From Sedimentisphaerales bacterium (lineage in GTDB: Bacteria; Planctomycetota; Phycisphaerae; Sedimentisphaerales; Anaerobacaceae), in contig OY970194.1 of NCBI GenBank assembly GCA_963708075.1, positions 5,760,001 through 5,824,000 of the forward strand: a stretch of 64,000 nucleotides of DNA, given 5' to 3'. Below are positions 42,035 through 53,285 of the stretch, piece by piece. The notes below the pieces were generated by a model. It was given only the letters and a program-made list of their open reading frames with translations, made no database searches and had not been told where the DNA came from. Numbering within the stretch: position 1 is the first letter of the stretch; every line of letters starts with the position of its first letter. The position numbers and the translations under genes are program-made.

Positions 42035-42623
42035 TTACCATGGCGGTACGACACCATAGGTAGCATTCAAGTGCAATTTGAGACCCATATCTGTCGTCTT
42101 GACCAAGTGATTGAAGAACGCTCGCATCCACGTCAAGGTTTCCGCCGTGAGGCGGGTCTCCCCAGACGGCGCTTGCGTCCAGGAGTACCCCGGCATGGTA
42201 TAGCCGTGCGCAAGGCTGTGGCGGACCTTAAGGATTTCGTTGAGCCGTGTCCTAACGGTCAAGGCGTTCATGCCACGCGCGCGCCACTGCCAGTCTGTCC
42301 ACGGATCATAGCCGGTGCAGGAGACAATCAAGGTCCGGGTGTTTTCCGCATTGGGTGTGTTGAAACGACCAAGGCAAGAGTTCGCCGCGGTGCTCGCCAG
42401 CGTGTGCATCGCATGAAAGGTCGGGACACGCGGATTGGCGACTTCCTGAAAGAAGCAGTCTATCAACCCTGCTATGTAGGCGTTCCATGCAGCAACCTGA
42501 GCCACGAAAGCAGCACCATAGACCACCTGCACTTCCTTGCGCAAGCGAGTTTCGATCGGTCTTGAGGATCACCGAGGCGTTTGCGGCCAGTGACTTGTAT
42601 TTGATTGCAGCCGCCGATGGCAT
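42035..42623 (-). CDS. Putative HEPN-family nuclease, apparent 1-bp frameshift near 42545
   Basis: VAAWNAYI, FNTPN, RHSLAHG (R-x4-H) motifs; N-terminus MPSAAAIKY in adjacent frame. Confidence 0.65.
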
Positions 42624-42632
42624 GGGGAGCAC

Positions 42633-43673
42633 TCACATTAGTCGGTCCACAACCTCAGTCAGCTTCTTGCGGTAGTCATCGAGAGGTATTTGGTTGATCT
42701 GGACGCGTTCGCCACCAAAGTCCTTTGGCCCAGCGGTCAGCTTGTGTAGAGGTGTCCCGGTGCTGGCCGCTATGATGGAAGCACTGTGGTAGTCAGGAAC
42801 AAACAGAAATGTCTCGCTCGGCTTCAAGGATGGCGAACTGAAAATCTCCCGATGCTTCTTGTGGATCTCATCAATCGTGATCTTCATTGACTTGATCATA
42901 GCGTTGAACGCTTTGCTCGGCTGACCTTCATATTTGGTGACGCGATTACTGACGAATGTGTGGAGCCGGGGAACCACAACGCCATCTTCTTTGGCCTTCT
43001 TGGCAAAGCTGATCTTGGTATATGGTGCGACGTCGACCGCTTCGGTAAAACCATACAGCAGTGTTACGACATTCTCAACCGCTCGCCGTGAACTATCGTC
43101 TGCCGTGAATGGCACAACCACATGGTCTGCCGCAACCAAGGCGAGCTGAGTGAAAATGGCGAAACTTGGATTGCAGTCAATGATGAAGACCGAGGGACGA
43201 TCACTACTTCGGGCGGTGAGCGCGGTCGTCAAGTCGCGAATCCACAACAGCACCTGCTTCCAAGAGTCATAGGGTACAGCCAACTGAGAGGTCTGACGGA
43301 TTGCTTCAGACTGGACCTCGAGGAGATTATCCCCACATATGAGGGAGAGATTCTTTGGGATAGCCTTGTTGTGTCTACTCGGCCGACAGACGTACGGGTC
43401 AACATCGTCGAGCGGCCTAAACGGTGAATTGAGGCGAGCATCCAGATAGCCAGCAATGGTAGCACGAGGCCTCTTTCCAAGCAGGGCAGTCATGACCTTT
43501 GAACCTTTGGGGAAGCCCCCAAGCAGCGTCTCAGAGACATTCGCCTGTGGGCACAGATCGAGAACGTAGACATCGCTACCGGGAAACTTATGGGCGTACT
43601 CACACGCCGCAATGAAGCAGAGAAAGCTCTTTCCGACACCGCCCTTGTTATTCCAGAAGGCATAGGAAGTCAT
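42633..43673 (-). CDS. ParA/MinD-superfamily ATPase
   Basis: NNKGGVGKS deviant Walker A, DLCPQAN, IIDCNPS; no parB in window. Confidence 0.9.
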   Translation of the reverse strand: MTSYAFWNNKGGVGKSFLCFIAACEYAHKFPGSDVYVLDLCPQANVSETLLGGFPKGSKVMTALLGKRPRATIAGYLDARLNSPFRPLDDVDPYVCRPSRHNKAIPKNLSLICGDNLLEVQSEAIRQTSQLAVPYDSWKQVLLWIRDLTTALTARSSDRPSVFIIDCNPSFAIFTQLALVAADHVVVPFTADDSSRRAVENVVTLLYGFTEAVDVAPYTKISFAKKAKEDGVVVPRLHTFVSNRVTKYEGQPSKAFNAMIKSMKITIDEIHKKHREIFSSPSLKPSETFLFVPDYHSASIIAASTGTPLHKLTAGPKDFGGERVQINQIPLDDYRKKLTEVVDRLM

Positions 43674-44144
43674 GGTGCAAAAGTCCTTTCTGGGCTATGA
43701 TTCGCCAAAGGAGTACGGATGTGCGCGGTGGATCTCGGGAAAACGTGGGACGCACCCTATCGTCCATGCTCGCTCTCCTGTTGCTTCCCCTCGGCTCATT
43801 CGAAATTCGCCGGCCATCCAACCCATTTCTGCCTCACCACATTTGTCCGCCCCACATAGGGCTCCAACTCATTCGTCGCAGTCTCATCCAGGGTGTCAAT
43901 CTGGGGAGTATTATGGCGCGTGCACGCGGAGAAGGCAAGGGAAAAGCCGCAGTCGGCGGACTGATAGGGGGCGCAGTACACGTTTCACATTTTCTCCCAA
44001 CACTTCCAGTCTTCGGACCGGAGGTTCTTTTGCATCTGACAGGGCCGCTTCATTCCGAAATCACGGCCTCATTGTAGAGCCACGGCGACAAAGATACAAA
44101 AAAGAACCCGGGAAACGGCGAATCACACCAAACACCCAGCGCGG

Positions 44145-44660
44145 CCCATTCGACTTCACTCAGGGCAGGCTCTTCGGCCGCGATCAGGATCATTTCACGC
44201 GGAGACGCGGAGGCGCAGAGAAAAACCCGACAAAGACATATTCTGAACTCTGCGTCTCTGCGTGAGACATAATTCTTTGGGTTTCAGCAAGGAGTCCGCA
44301 TGGGCTAAAGCCCATCCTACAAATTCCTTTGTGTTCTCGGTGGCTGAAAGAGCCTGGATTCCCGCCTCCGCGGGAATGACATTGTCGGAATCCGTGTTCA
44401 TCCGTGTCGTAAGAAGAAGGATCGGTGGGCGAAGCCCACCCTACCGGCCGGCTTGTGGCCCTTTCATTTTTGTTCGGGGTCTCTGTGTCCTCCGGGTTCT
44501 CGGTGGCGACTTACTCGTCTTGCGTCGTGCGGGATGGGGGGTGCGGGCGAATGATGATTCGCCCCTACGGGGGGCGTGTCTTGCCTTGGTCTTGTGCGTG
44601 TCCTTCTTACGTTCTTTCGTTCTGATCGTCCTAGCCTTGCGCGCGTTCCTCCGGGCTTCT
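44145..44660. repeat. Mosaic of several different palindromic repeat families
   Basis: TTCGACTTCACTCAGGGCAGGC; CACGCGGAGACGCGGAG/CTCTGCGTCTCTGCGTG; TGGGCTAAAGCCCATCCTAC; CTGGATTCCCGCCTCCGCGGGAATGAC; GGTGGGCGAAGCCCACCCTAC; GGGCGAATGATGATTCGCCCCTAC. Confidence 0.75.
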
Positions 44661-45361
44661 TTCTTCAGGGCGGCCTGGTAGTCGGCGTGCACCTGGCGTC
44701 GGCGTTCCGGGGGCCATTCCCGGGGAAAGTTCACGCCGGCGAACTCGCCGCATTCTTGGACGGCTGCATAGTCGTAGGCGCGGGCCGCGGAAACCTCGTC
44801 AGGGAAATAGCCGAGCCAGCGTTGTCGGCCCTCGAAGCGGAGTTGTGAAAAGATTCTGCCCTCTCTGTAATAGACGCCCTTGAATCCAGATCGTGTGCCA
44901 CGTTGTTTGCGGCTGTTACGCCGATTCTCCTTCTGCGTGCATGTGCGGAGATTGGATCGGCAGTTGTTGGCCTTGTTGCCGTCGTGGTGGTCCACGACCT
45001 TGCCTTTGGGCGGCTGCATGATCTCGCGGTGCATGAGGATCTTCCTGCCCTTTTCCGTCCGTGCAGGGTATCCGCCGCTGGTGATGTGCCAGTTCCATTT
45101 GCTGAGCCACTCGTAGTCAGCCGCGTCCACGTAGGCGTACAGGCCGTCAGTCAGTGGAATCAGGCGGACATCGCCCTGGGGGACCGCAGGTTTGCGCCGG
45201 TAGTTTTTGCAGGGCACCCCGGGCACGTCGTGCAACTGCGCGGGCCACTGGGGGTGGTTGGCGCATCGCGGCAGGATCAGTTCGCCCGCCCACATCAGCC
45301 GCAGCCACAACTCCGGGTCGCAGACGGAATAGATGCAATTGTGGCAATTCGGTCCGGACAT
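44441..45361 (-). CDS. HNH endonuclease with AP2 domain and N-terminal Cys-rich region
   Basis: MHREIM, VDHHDGNKANNCRSNLR (HNH_3-like), SGFKGV, LGYF..EVSAARAYD..A...GEFAGVNFP (AP2). Confidence 0.9.
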   Translation of the reverse strand: MSGPNCHNCIYSVCDPELWLRLMWAGELILPRCANHPQWPAQLHDVPGVPCKNYRRKPAVPQGDVRLIPLTDGLYAYVDAADYEWLSKWNWHITSGGYPARTEKGRKILMHREIMQPPKGKVVDHHDGNKANNCRSNLRTCTQKENRRNSRKQRGTRSGFKGVYYREGRIFSQLRFEGRQRWLGYFPDEVSAARAYDYAAVQECGEFAGVNFPREWPPERRRQVHADYQAALKKEARRNARKARTIRTKERKKDTHKTKARHAPRRGESSFARTPHPARRKTSKSPPRTRRTQRPRTKMKGPQAGR

Positions 45362-45426
45362 GCTTTCTCCCTTCCATTCTCCTCAGGGGCCGGGACAACG
45401 TCCCGACCGATCACAGGTCGCTCTAT

Positions 45427-45469
45427 GTGACATATGGTACATTGTACATGGTCACATGTTAGCTGTAAA
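45427..45469 (-). promoter_or_regulatory. Putative promoter/operator of the HNH-AP2 gene
   Basis: Minus strand TTTACA-N17-TACAAT with TG just upstream of -10; imperfect inverted repeat GTGACATATGGTACATTGTACATGGTCAC overlaps it. Confidence 0.55.
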
Positions 45470-45729
45470 CAAAAATCCTGACTATTTTCGCAGGTCAAGG
45501 CGCAAGTCCTTGCCGGCAAACGGGTAAGAACCTCGGTTTTTTCTCGTCCGCAGCGAGGGCGGTGGGCACAGCCCACCCTGCAAGACTGGCTCAGGAATCA
45601 CCCCCGGGGGCGGGGGTGCCACACAAGAAGCATGTAGCCCAGCCGCCCTCGGCTGGGTATTCCCGGAGCAGGTCCGGCTTGTCAAATGAATTCGGCAGAC
45701 CTGCTTAGAGGGGCGGCGACGGGGGGCGG

Positions 45730-46581
45730 CTATTTGTGGCAGTAGTCGATGATTCGGGCGATTTCGCTTCGGAGGTCTTTGCGGTGGACGATCATGTCGA
45801 TGAAACCGTGCTCGAGCATGAACTCGGCGGTCTGGAAGCCATCGGGCAGCTCGACCTTGATCGTCTCGGCGATGGTGCGCGGACCGGCGAAGCCGACCAG
45901 GGCCCCCGGCTCGGCCATGATCACGTCGCCGAGCATGGCGAAGCTGGCGGTGACGCCGCCAGTGGTGGGGTCGGCCAGGACGGAGATGAACAGGCCGTTG
46001 GCCTCGTCGAAGCGGGCCAGAGCGGCGGAAGTCTTGGCCATCTGACCGAGCGAGACGACCCCCTCGTGCATGCGGGCCCCGCCGGAGCAGCTCACGACGA
46101 CCAGCGGCAGGGATTCCTCCATGGCCTTCTCCACGGCGACGCAGAACTTCTCGCCCACGACGGCCCCCATGGAGCCCATGAGGAAGTTCGGCTCCATGAC
46201 GGCGAGGATGACGCCGCGGCCCTTGATGAAGGCCTTACCGATCAGGATCGCCTCCTTGGACCCGGATTTCTTCTCGTCGTCCTTGACCCGCTGCTTGTAG
46301 GTGGTCCCCCGGAACTTGAAGTCCAGCGGGTCGTCGGTGGTGAGGTCCTCCAGGACCTGCTGGAAGGAGTCCTCGTCCACGAGGTGGCCGATGCGGGTGA
46401 CGGCCCCGAGGCGGAAATGATGGTCGCACTCGGGACAGACGTTGAGGTTCTTCTCCACGGCACTGCGATAGAGCATCTGCTCGCAGCCGGGACACTTCGT
46501 CCACAGACCCTCGGGCATCTCCTTGCGGGGCTTCAGGGAGAACCCGTTCCACGTTGTCTTTGACTTCTTCGTCATTGCCAT
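45730..46581 (-). CDS. accD: Acetyl-CoA carboxylase carboxyltransferase beta subunit
   Basis: GLWTKCPGC, CPECDHH, GSMGAVVGE, SGGARMHEG, PTTGGVTASFA. Confidence 0.97.
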   Translation of the reverse strand: MAMTKKSKTTWNGFSLKPRKEMPEGLWTKCPGCEQMLYRSAVEKNLNVCPECDHHFRLGAVTRIGHLVDEDSFQQVLEDLTTDDPLDFKFRGTTYKQRVKDDEKKSGSKEAILIGKAFIKGRGVILAVMEPNFLMGSMGAVVGEKFCVAVEKAMEESLPLVVVSCSGGARMHEGVVSLGQMAKTSAALARFDEANGLFISVLADPTTGGVTASFAMLGDVIMAEPGALVGFAGPRTIAETIKVELPDGFQTAEFMLEHGFIDMIVHRKDLRSEIARIIDYCHK

Positions 46582-46771
46582 AGTTCACGTCCCATCGTTG
46601 GCTTTACAGTCCTTGCACCTTCTATCGGACGGACTGCACAGGATTGGCCAAAAATGGGTTGACATAGTATAGCAGAAAGGAAGGGGGGGTGTCACGATAA
46701 GTTGGGGCCTGGGCAAAAAAAATTGGCAATTGACCCCAGGGTGTTCAAATCGTGGGTTCTCAGGGCCTCGG

Positions 46772-46863
46772 CGGGTGGCACCGCCAACTTGTTTGACGGT
46801 GCTGTCTCGACTTGCCCGGTCCATCCGAGACCCCACGGGCAAACGAGTTTGCCCGTGCCACCC
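46772..46863. repeat. GGGTGGCAC...GTGCCACCC palindromic repeat (related to family A)
   Basis: Two hairpins bounded by GGGTGGCAC / GTGCCACCC. Confidence 0.7.
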
Positions 46864-46912
46864 GGCTTATGCCCAAGGGGGTCACCCCAGGGCGATCAAA
46901 TCGAAGCAGGCC

Positions 46913-47584
46913 TTATTTGCAGGCATCGCGGATGGCGGCTATCGCAGCGAGGCGGTCCGGGCGGCCGAAAATGGCGTTTCCGGCGACCAGGGTGTCGGCG
47001 CCGTAGGAAACCACGATGGGGGTGGTTCGCGGGTCGATGCCGCCATCGACCTCCACGCGGATGTCGGGGCCGACGATCTTGCGGATCGCTATGATCTTGC
47101 GGGCGGCATCGTCCATGAACTTTTGGCCGCCGAAGCCCGGGTGGACCGTCATCACCAGGACCATGTCGCACAAAGGGGCGGCCTTTTCGATCGCCTCTAC
47201 CGGCGTCTCCGGGTTGAGGCTGATTCCGGCGGTGCAGCCGAGGGCATGTATCTGGTCGATGATCTTGTCGGGCTCGTCGGTGACTTCGATGTGGAACGTG
47301 ATGTTGTCCGCGCCGGCTTTGGCGAACGCCTCCGCGTATCGGGCGGGCTCGCTGATCATGAGGTGGGCGTCGAAGGCCAGGCGGCTGTGCTTGCGGAGCT
47401 TGGCAATCACCGGCGGGCCGATGGTGATGTTCGGGACGAAATGCCCATCCATGACGTCGAGGTGCACCATTTGCACGCCGGCCGATTCCACGATGGCGAT
47501 CTCATCCGCCAGTTTGGCGAAATCCGCGCTGAGGATCGATGGGACAATCTCGACCGTTCCGGGCTTAGGCAGTACCCTTTTCAT
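46913..47584 (-). CDS. rpe: Ribulose-phosphate 3-epimerase
   Basis: PSILSADF, HLDVMDGHFVPN, MTVHPGFGGQ, VDGG. Confidence 0.97.
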   Translation of the reverse strand: MKRVLPKPGTVEIVPSILSADFAKLADEIAIVESAGVQMVHLDVMDGHFVPNITIGPPVIAKLRKHSRLAFDAHLMISEPARYAEAFAKAGADNITFHIEVTDEPDKIIDQIHALGCTAGISLNPETPVEAIEKAAPLCDMVLVMTVHPGFGGQKFMDDAARKIIAIRKIVGPDIRVEVDGGIDPRTTPIVVSYGADTLVAGNAIFGRPDRLAAIAAIRDACK

Positions 47585-47678
47585 GGGAGACTCCCCCGCG
47601 AACGAAGTGTGATGGTCGATTTGTGATTTTTGATTTGTGAATCAACCATCAACCATCAACCATCACACTTCAGACTTC

Positions 47679-48917
<1,239 letters not shown>

Positions 48918-49008
48918 AAAGCGTCCTTATTGATTAAGGATTATTGATAATTGATTATTTGTCTGACTGCAGCAGTGCTGCGAATCATCCATCATCAATC
49001 ATCAATGC

Positions 49009-50028
49009 CTACAGCTTCGCGATTCTCTCGATCAGGTCCACGCTGCGGCAGGAGTACCCCCACTCGTTATCGTACCACATGGTGACTTTCACCATATCGC
49101 CGTCGAGGACGATCGTGTTGTTGGAATCGAAGATCGAGCTGGCCGGATTGCCGATGACGTCCGAGGACACGATGGGATCGGTCACGTACTCGATGATGCC
49201 CTTCATGGGGCCTTCGGCGGCGGCCTTCATGGCGCCATTGATCTCCTCGACGCTCGTCTTGCGGGCGGCCATGAACGTCAGGTCGGTAATCGAACCATCA
49301 GGCACCGGGACTCGCAGGGCATAGCCGTGCAGCTTGCCCTTGAGGGCCGGAATGACCTCGCCCAGGGCTTTGGCGGCGCCGGTGGTCGAGGGCACGGTGT
49401 TCAGTGCCGCCGCGCGGCCGCGACGCTTGTCCTTGTACGGCATGTCCAGAATCGCCTGGTCGTTCGTATAGGCGTGCACCGTCGTCATCAGGCCCTTGAC
49501 GATCCCGATCTTCTCGTGCAGGACCTTGCAGGCCGGGGCCAGCGAGTTCGTCGTGCACGAGGCATTGGAAATGCACTTCATCGACGCGTTCAGCTCGCTG
49601 TCATTGACGCCCAGAACGATGGTGGCATCGGGCTTGTCCTTGGCCGGGGCCGACAGAAGCACGCGCTTGGCGCCTGCCGCCAGATGCGTATCGAAACCTG
49701 CCTTGCCCTCGACAGCCCGGGAGGTGAACCTGCCGGTGGATTCCAGCACGACGTCCACGCCCATCTTGCCCCAGGGCAGCTTGGCCGGGTCTTTCTCATT
49801 GAGGATCGGGATCTCCTTGCCGTTGATCACGATCGAGGTCCCTTTGACCTCCACCTTGCCGGGGAACTTGCCCTGGGTGGAGTCATATTTGAACATGTAG
49901 GCCAGCATGTCGGCGTCGAACAGATCGTTGATCGCCACCACCTGCATCGTTTTGAACTTGTCGGCCATTGCACGGACTACAAGCCGGCCGATGCGGCCGA
50001 AACCATTTACGCCAACCTTAATTGCCAT
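49009..50028 (-). CDS. gap: Glyceraldehyde-3-phosphate dehydrogenase type I
   Basis: [25 protein letters not shown]; true start at 50028. Confidence 0.97.
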   Translation of the reverse strand: MAIKVGVNGFGRIGRLVVRAMADKFKTMQVVAINDLFDADMLAYMFKYDSTQGKFPGKVEVKGTSIVINGKEIPILNEKDPAKLPWGKMGVDVVLESTGRFTSRAVEGKAGFDTHLAAGAKRVLLSAPAKDKPDATIVLGVNDSELNASMKCISNASCTTNSLAPACKVLHEKIGIVKGLMTTVHAYTNDQAILDMPYKDKRRGRAAALNTVPSTTGAAKALGEVIPALKGKLHGYALRVPVPDGSITDLTFMAARKTSVEEINGAMKAAAEGPMKGIIEYVTDPIVSSDVIGNPASSIFDSNNTIVLDGDMVKVTMWYDNEWGYSCRSVDLIERIAKL

Positions 50029-50109
50029 GTACCTTTCTCCTTTACCTGCATTGTATTTGCTGCGATCAGACACCTCGCTCTGCGGAGAGCGTGTGAAAAC
50101 GAAGTGGAC

Positions 50110-50138
50110 ACTGTAGCGGCCGGGGCCCCCTCTGTCAA
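50110..50138 (-). promoter_or_regulatory. Putative sigma70 promoter of gap-pgk-rpe
   Basis: TTGACA-N17-TACAGT on minus strand. Confidence 0.6.
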
Positions 50139-50366
50139 GCAATATTCTCCCTACTGACAGGGGGGGTATGGTCGGCGTTCGGTGGTGGATTCGGGGCGGC
50201 GCGTAGGACAAGCGTCCTCGCTCGTCCCTCTTCGGCCGTCGCCTTGCACAATATACGCCCGCTGCAAGGGCCCGAACTGGTCGTGCGGAGACGCCCGACC
50301 CCCGATCCGGTCGGGGGCAGGCTCTGCGAAGAGGCTCGCCGATTGCCACCGTACTGCGACCACGCC

Positions 50367-51475
50367 TCATGCCGGGTGTTGGATTGGAATGACGTAAGTA
50401 TGTGAGCAGCAGGCAGTTAGCCGCATTGGTCGTGCTGAGCAAGACACCGGCACAATCGTCACCAGATTGCCCTTGTGGCAGGTCATGGCGAAGCCCTTGA
50501 ACTTCAGCACCGATTCGAGCAGCGGGTACAGGTCCTTGACCCGAACTTCCCCCTGGAGCTTGCCATGGAGCCGAAGCGAGAACCAACTGGCCCTTGATCT
50601 TCTCGGGCTCATACATGTAGTCCAGCCGCAGGTACTCGGCCACGAGATCCAGCAACTGGATCATCTCCAGCCGGTCCGGCAGGTCCAACTGCAGCACATC
50701 CTCCGCATTACTCGGCAGCACCGGCTCCAGCGAGCGGATCACTTTTGCCGGTTTCGTAGACTTGCCGGCAGGCTCAACGGCAATCGTGCCCCTCGTCTCC
50801 AACGGCTCCTCAGGCGGTCTGACAGCCGGTCCAGGGCGCGGGTTCCCTCCGGCGACAGTCTCAGGCTTCGTAGCAGTGCCGAGGGCTGCATCCTGCGGCG
50901 TTGAAGTCAAAATCGCGGGCGTTACCTCAACGGCAGTCGGTTTTGGCTGATCGGGCGTAATCGGGGTTGATATTGCCTCTGATGGCGAGTCATTCGGCTT
51001 TGGCACTTGAGGGTCTGCCTGAGCCTGGGCAACAGGAGTCTCTATGTGTCGGTCACCCACCGCTGCTCCCCCTCGCCGGAGCCGACCTCCGAGATCAACG
51101 CCATCGACCTTTTCGGCTCATTCGGATAATAGCTCGTCGCGCACAACCTGAACCGCGCCGAAGGAGCCGCAGGCCGGACAACCGGGACCACTGATGCAGG
51201 ACTCGCCGTCGAAGCCGTCAATGTTGGTTTCTCAGGACTCTTCGGCGGGTCCAGTCCCAAGGCCAGCAGCTTCGCCTGTACCACCAGCGGCGAATCCCCA
51301 ATGGAGCGTACTCTCGATTCGCCGCCCCGTGCACTAAACCGTTGGACAGCACCGGGCCGATTGAGAAACTCCGCAACCTCCCGGTCAACCCTGCCTCGCT
51401 CGGACCACCATCGCCCAAGCACGCCGCCAGCCGTCAGCATCGCGCAAGCGCCAAGATGTAGAATGCTCTCACCAT
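50367..51475 (-). pseudogene. Fragmented type II secretion-related ORF (GspC-like N-terminus, Pro-rich linker, secretin N0-like segment)
   Basis: Pieces in several frames: TM+[84 protein letters not shown]. Confidence 0.45.
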
Positions 51476-51567
51476 GAGGCATCGTCAAAAGGACATCTAC
51501 GAACGCTGCGCTTGGCTGGCAGGTGGAACATCTAACGCATTCCTGGCGTTTCACGGATTCGATACGC

Positions 51568-52870
51568 CTACTTCTGAGGCAGACTCCGCGAGGGCTCAAT
51601 CGATAACTTCTTTTCGATGGCTCGCATGGCCTGGGTTGCAGCTTCTCGAACAGGAAACCACCGTCTCGCCATCTTCCAGGACGGGTCGGATTCAGGCCGG
51701 ATCGGAGCCATACGCGGACCTGTGTTCACGTACTGGCCATCGACCATTTCGAAGATCGGGCCATGGAAATCGACTATCTCAAGGGGATCGTCCCTGACAA
51801 GCTGTTCAAGGAATGGTATATCCTCCTTTGTCCCGATGATTCCCAGGGCCCTTGCCGCCTGGCAACGCATGTTGGTCATGACCACCATGTTCGGGTCCAG
51901 CAGTACATCGCGTAACTCATCCTTCACGGCAGACTCTCCCTTGAGTGCAAGGGCTATGACAACAGCAGCTTGTGGCCTCCCGCTCAGACCGTCCTTAGCA
52001 TCGCGTAGGGATGATATAGTGCCGCCGAGCTTCGTCAACGCGTCGATGAGATAGTAGTACATCATGTCAGCAAGGGTCCCGGCGACATCTGATTGCAGCC
52101 TCTCGTTGCGTGTCGGCATATTCTCCACGCTGCGGATGGATTCGACGATGGCGGCAACTTTCTCACCAGCGATCGCCGAACCGCTGTCATTGGCAAGGAC
52201 CGATGCCGCGTGCATACGTATGCCGAAGTTCGTAATAGGGTGATGTACTGTGCTCTGCAAGTGACTCCTTAGAGAGACAAGAAGGCCTCTATCAACAGCC
52301 ACACCGGACAGATGTTGAAGGGCAATGGAAATCACGTCCGGATCGTCCGATTTGAGCAACGGAAGGATGGCCTCTTTGTTCGGTGCAATCTTCACAAAGT
52401 TCCTGGCAGCCCAGGAAGAATAAGAAGTCTGGTTAGGGTTGTACTTGGTTATGGCTATGTCGAGCAATGCGTCTCTGGCTCTGGGTGTGCCGATCTTGGC
52501 CAGCACAACGATGATCTTGTGTCGAGGGACTCCCACACGGGCACGATACTTGCGCGAGCAGATCCACAACATCGTCTCCCATCGCAGCGATCTCGTCAAT
52601 AGCCGCATTGATTCTGGCCTCGTGTTCTTCGAATTGGAGCTTTCTTTTCGCCAGGTATTCGTCGCGCACCCTTCTGTCCTTGGATTTCTGGATCTCCGGC
52701 GGGACCGGGATCGAAGGCTCCCTCTCACCGATCACTTCCAGAAGATGCTTCAATCGTTGCTCGTCCAACTTCGCGTTTGTCTGTGATGATGCCCTATTCG
52801 ACCACACAAGCAATAACACCGCTGCCAGTCCTATGCCGATGACGAGCATGTTGTTCTTATTCAAGTTCAT
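51568..52870 (-). CDS. Membrane-anchored/secreted HEAT-repeat-like protein, apparent 2-bp frameshift near 52555
   Basis: GGAAAGG RBS, N-terminal hydrophobic helix, LAKIGTPRARDALL and RCQAARALGIIGTKEDIPFL repeats. Confidence 0.65.
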
Positions 52871-52949
52871 CGCATTTCCTTTCCGAGTATGGGGCATTCG
52901 GGGGTCAGCCCTCAAATTAACAATTAGCGACCAGCGGTCTTCAATTCTG

Positions 52950-53024
52950 GGTAGGCATTGGTAGGCATTGGTAGGCATTGGTAGGCATTGGTAGGCATTG
53001 GTAGGCATTGGTAGGGTAGGCATT
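52950..53024. repeat. Tandem 10-mer repeat GGTAGGCATT (6 copies + 5-nt partial + 1 copy)
   Basis: Directly visible; abuts the left end of the 260-bp element. Confidence 0.95.
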
Positions 53025-53025
53025 G

Positions 53026-53285
53026 GGGGTCACACCTACACATTTCACTTTCCTCATAGTTCCTTCCCTGTCTGCCCAGGGGCCAGCAGGTCGCTTACGT
53101 CACGCCGATAGAGTACCACTGGTGCCCTGAAACCGCAAGGGGACTTTCATTCTCTCCCGTCTCCCGAACATCACGCATGACCCCCAGTTTAGGCAGGGGC
53201 ATTTTCTTTTGCCGCACGATCAGAAAGCCACTTGCCCCGGGAGCGCGCCTCCGATGCACAATGTGAAATGTGTAGGTGTGACCCC
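53026..53285. mobile_element. 260-bp non-autonomous TIR element (MITE-like), copy 1
   Basis: 23-bp perfect TIR GGGGTCACACCTACACATTTCAC; 3 mismatches to copy 2. Confidence 0.88.

Noticed and set aside
41920..42035. Possible mobile-element ends next to the HEPN gene (GGACCTGACC, GGCGTCCCGGAATTCCCC)
   Set aside because: Short, with no matching partner found on the other side of the ParA-HEPN pair
49009..51060. 683-aa GAPDH fusion protein
   Set aside because: gap has its own RBS/ATG at 50028 and promoter; the upstream in-frame stretch crosses non-coding DNA and a separate fragmented gene
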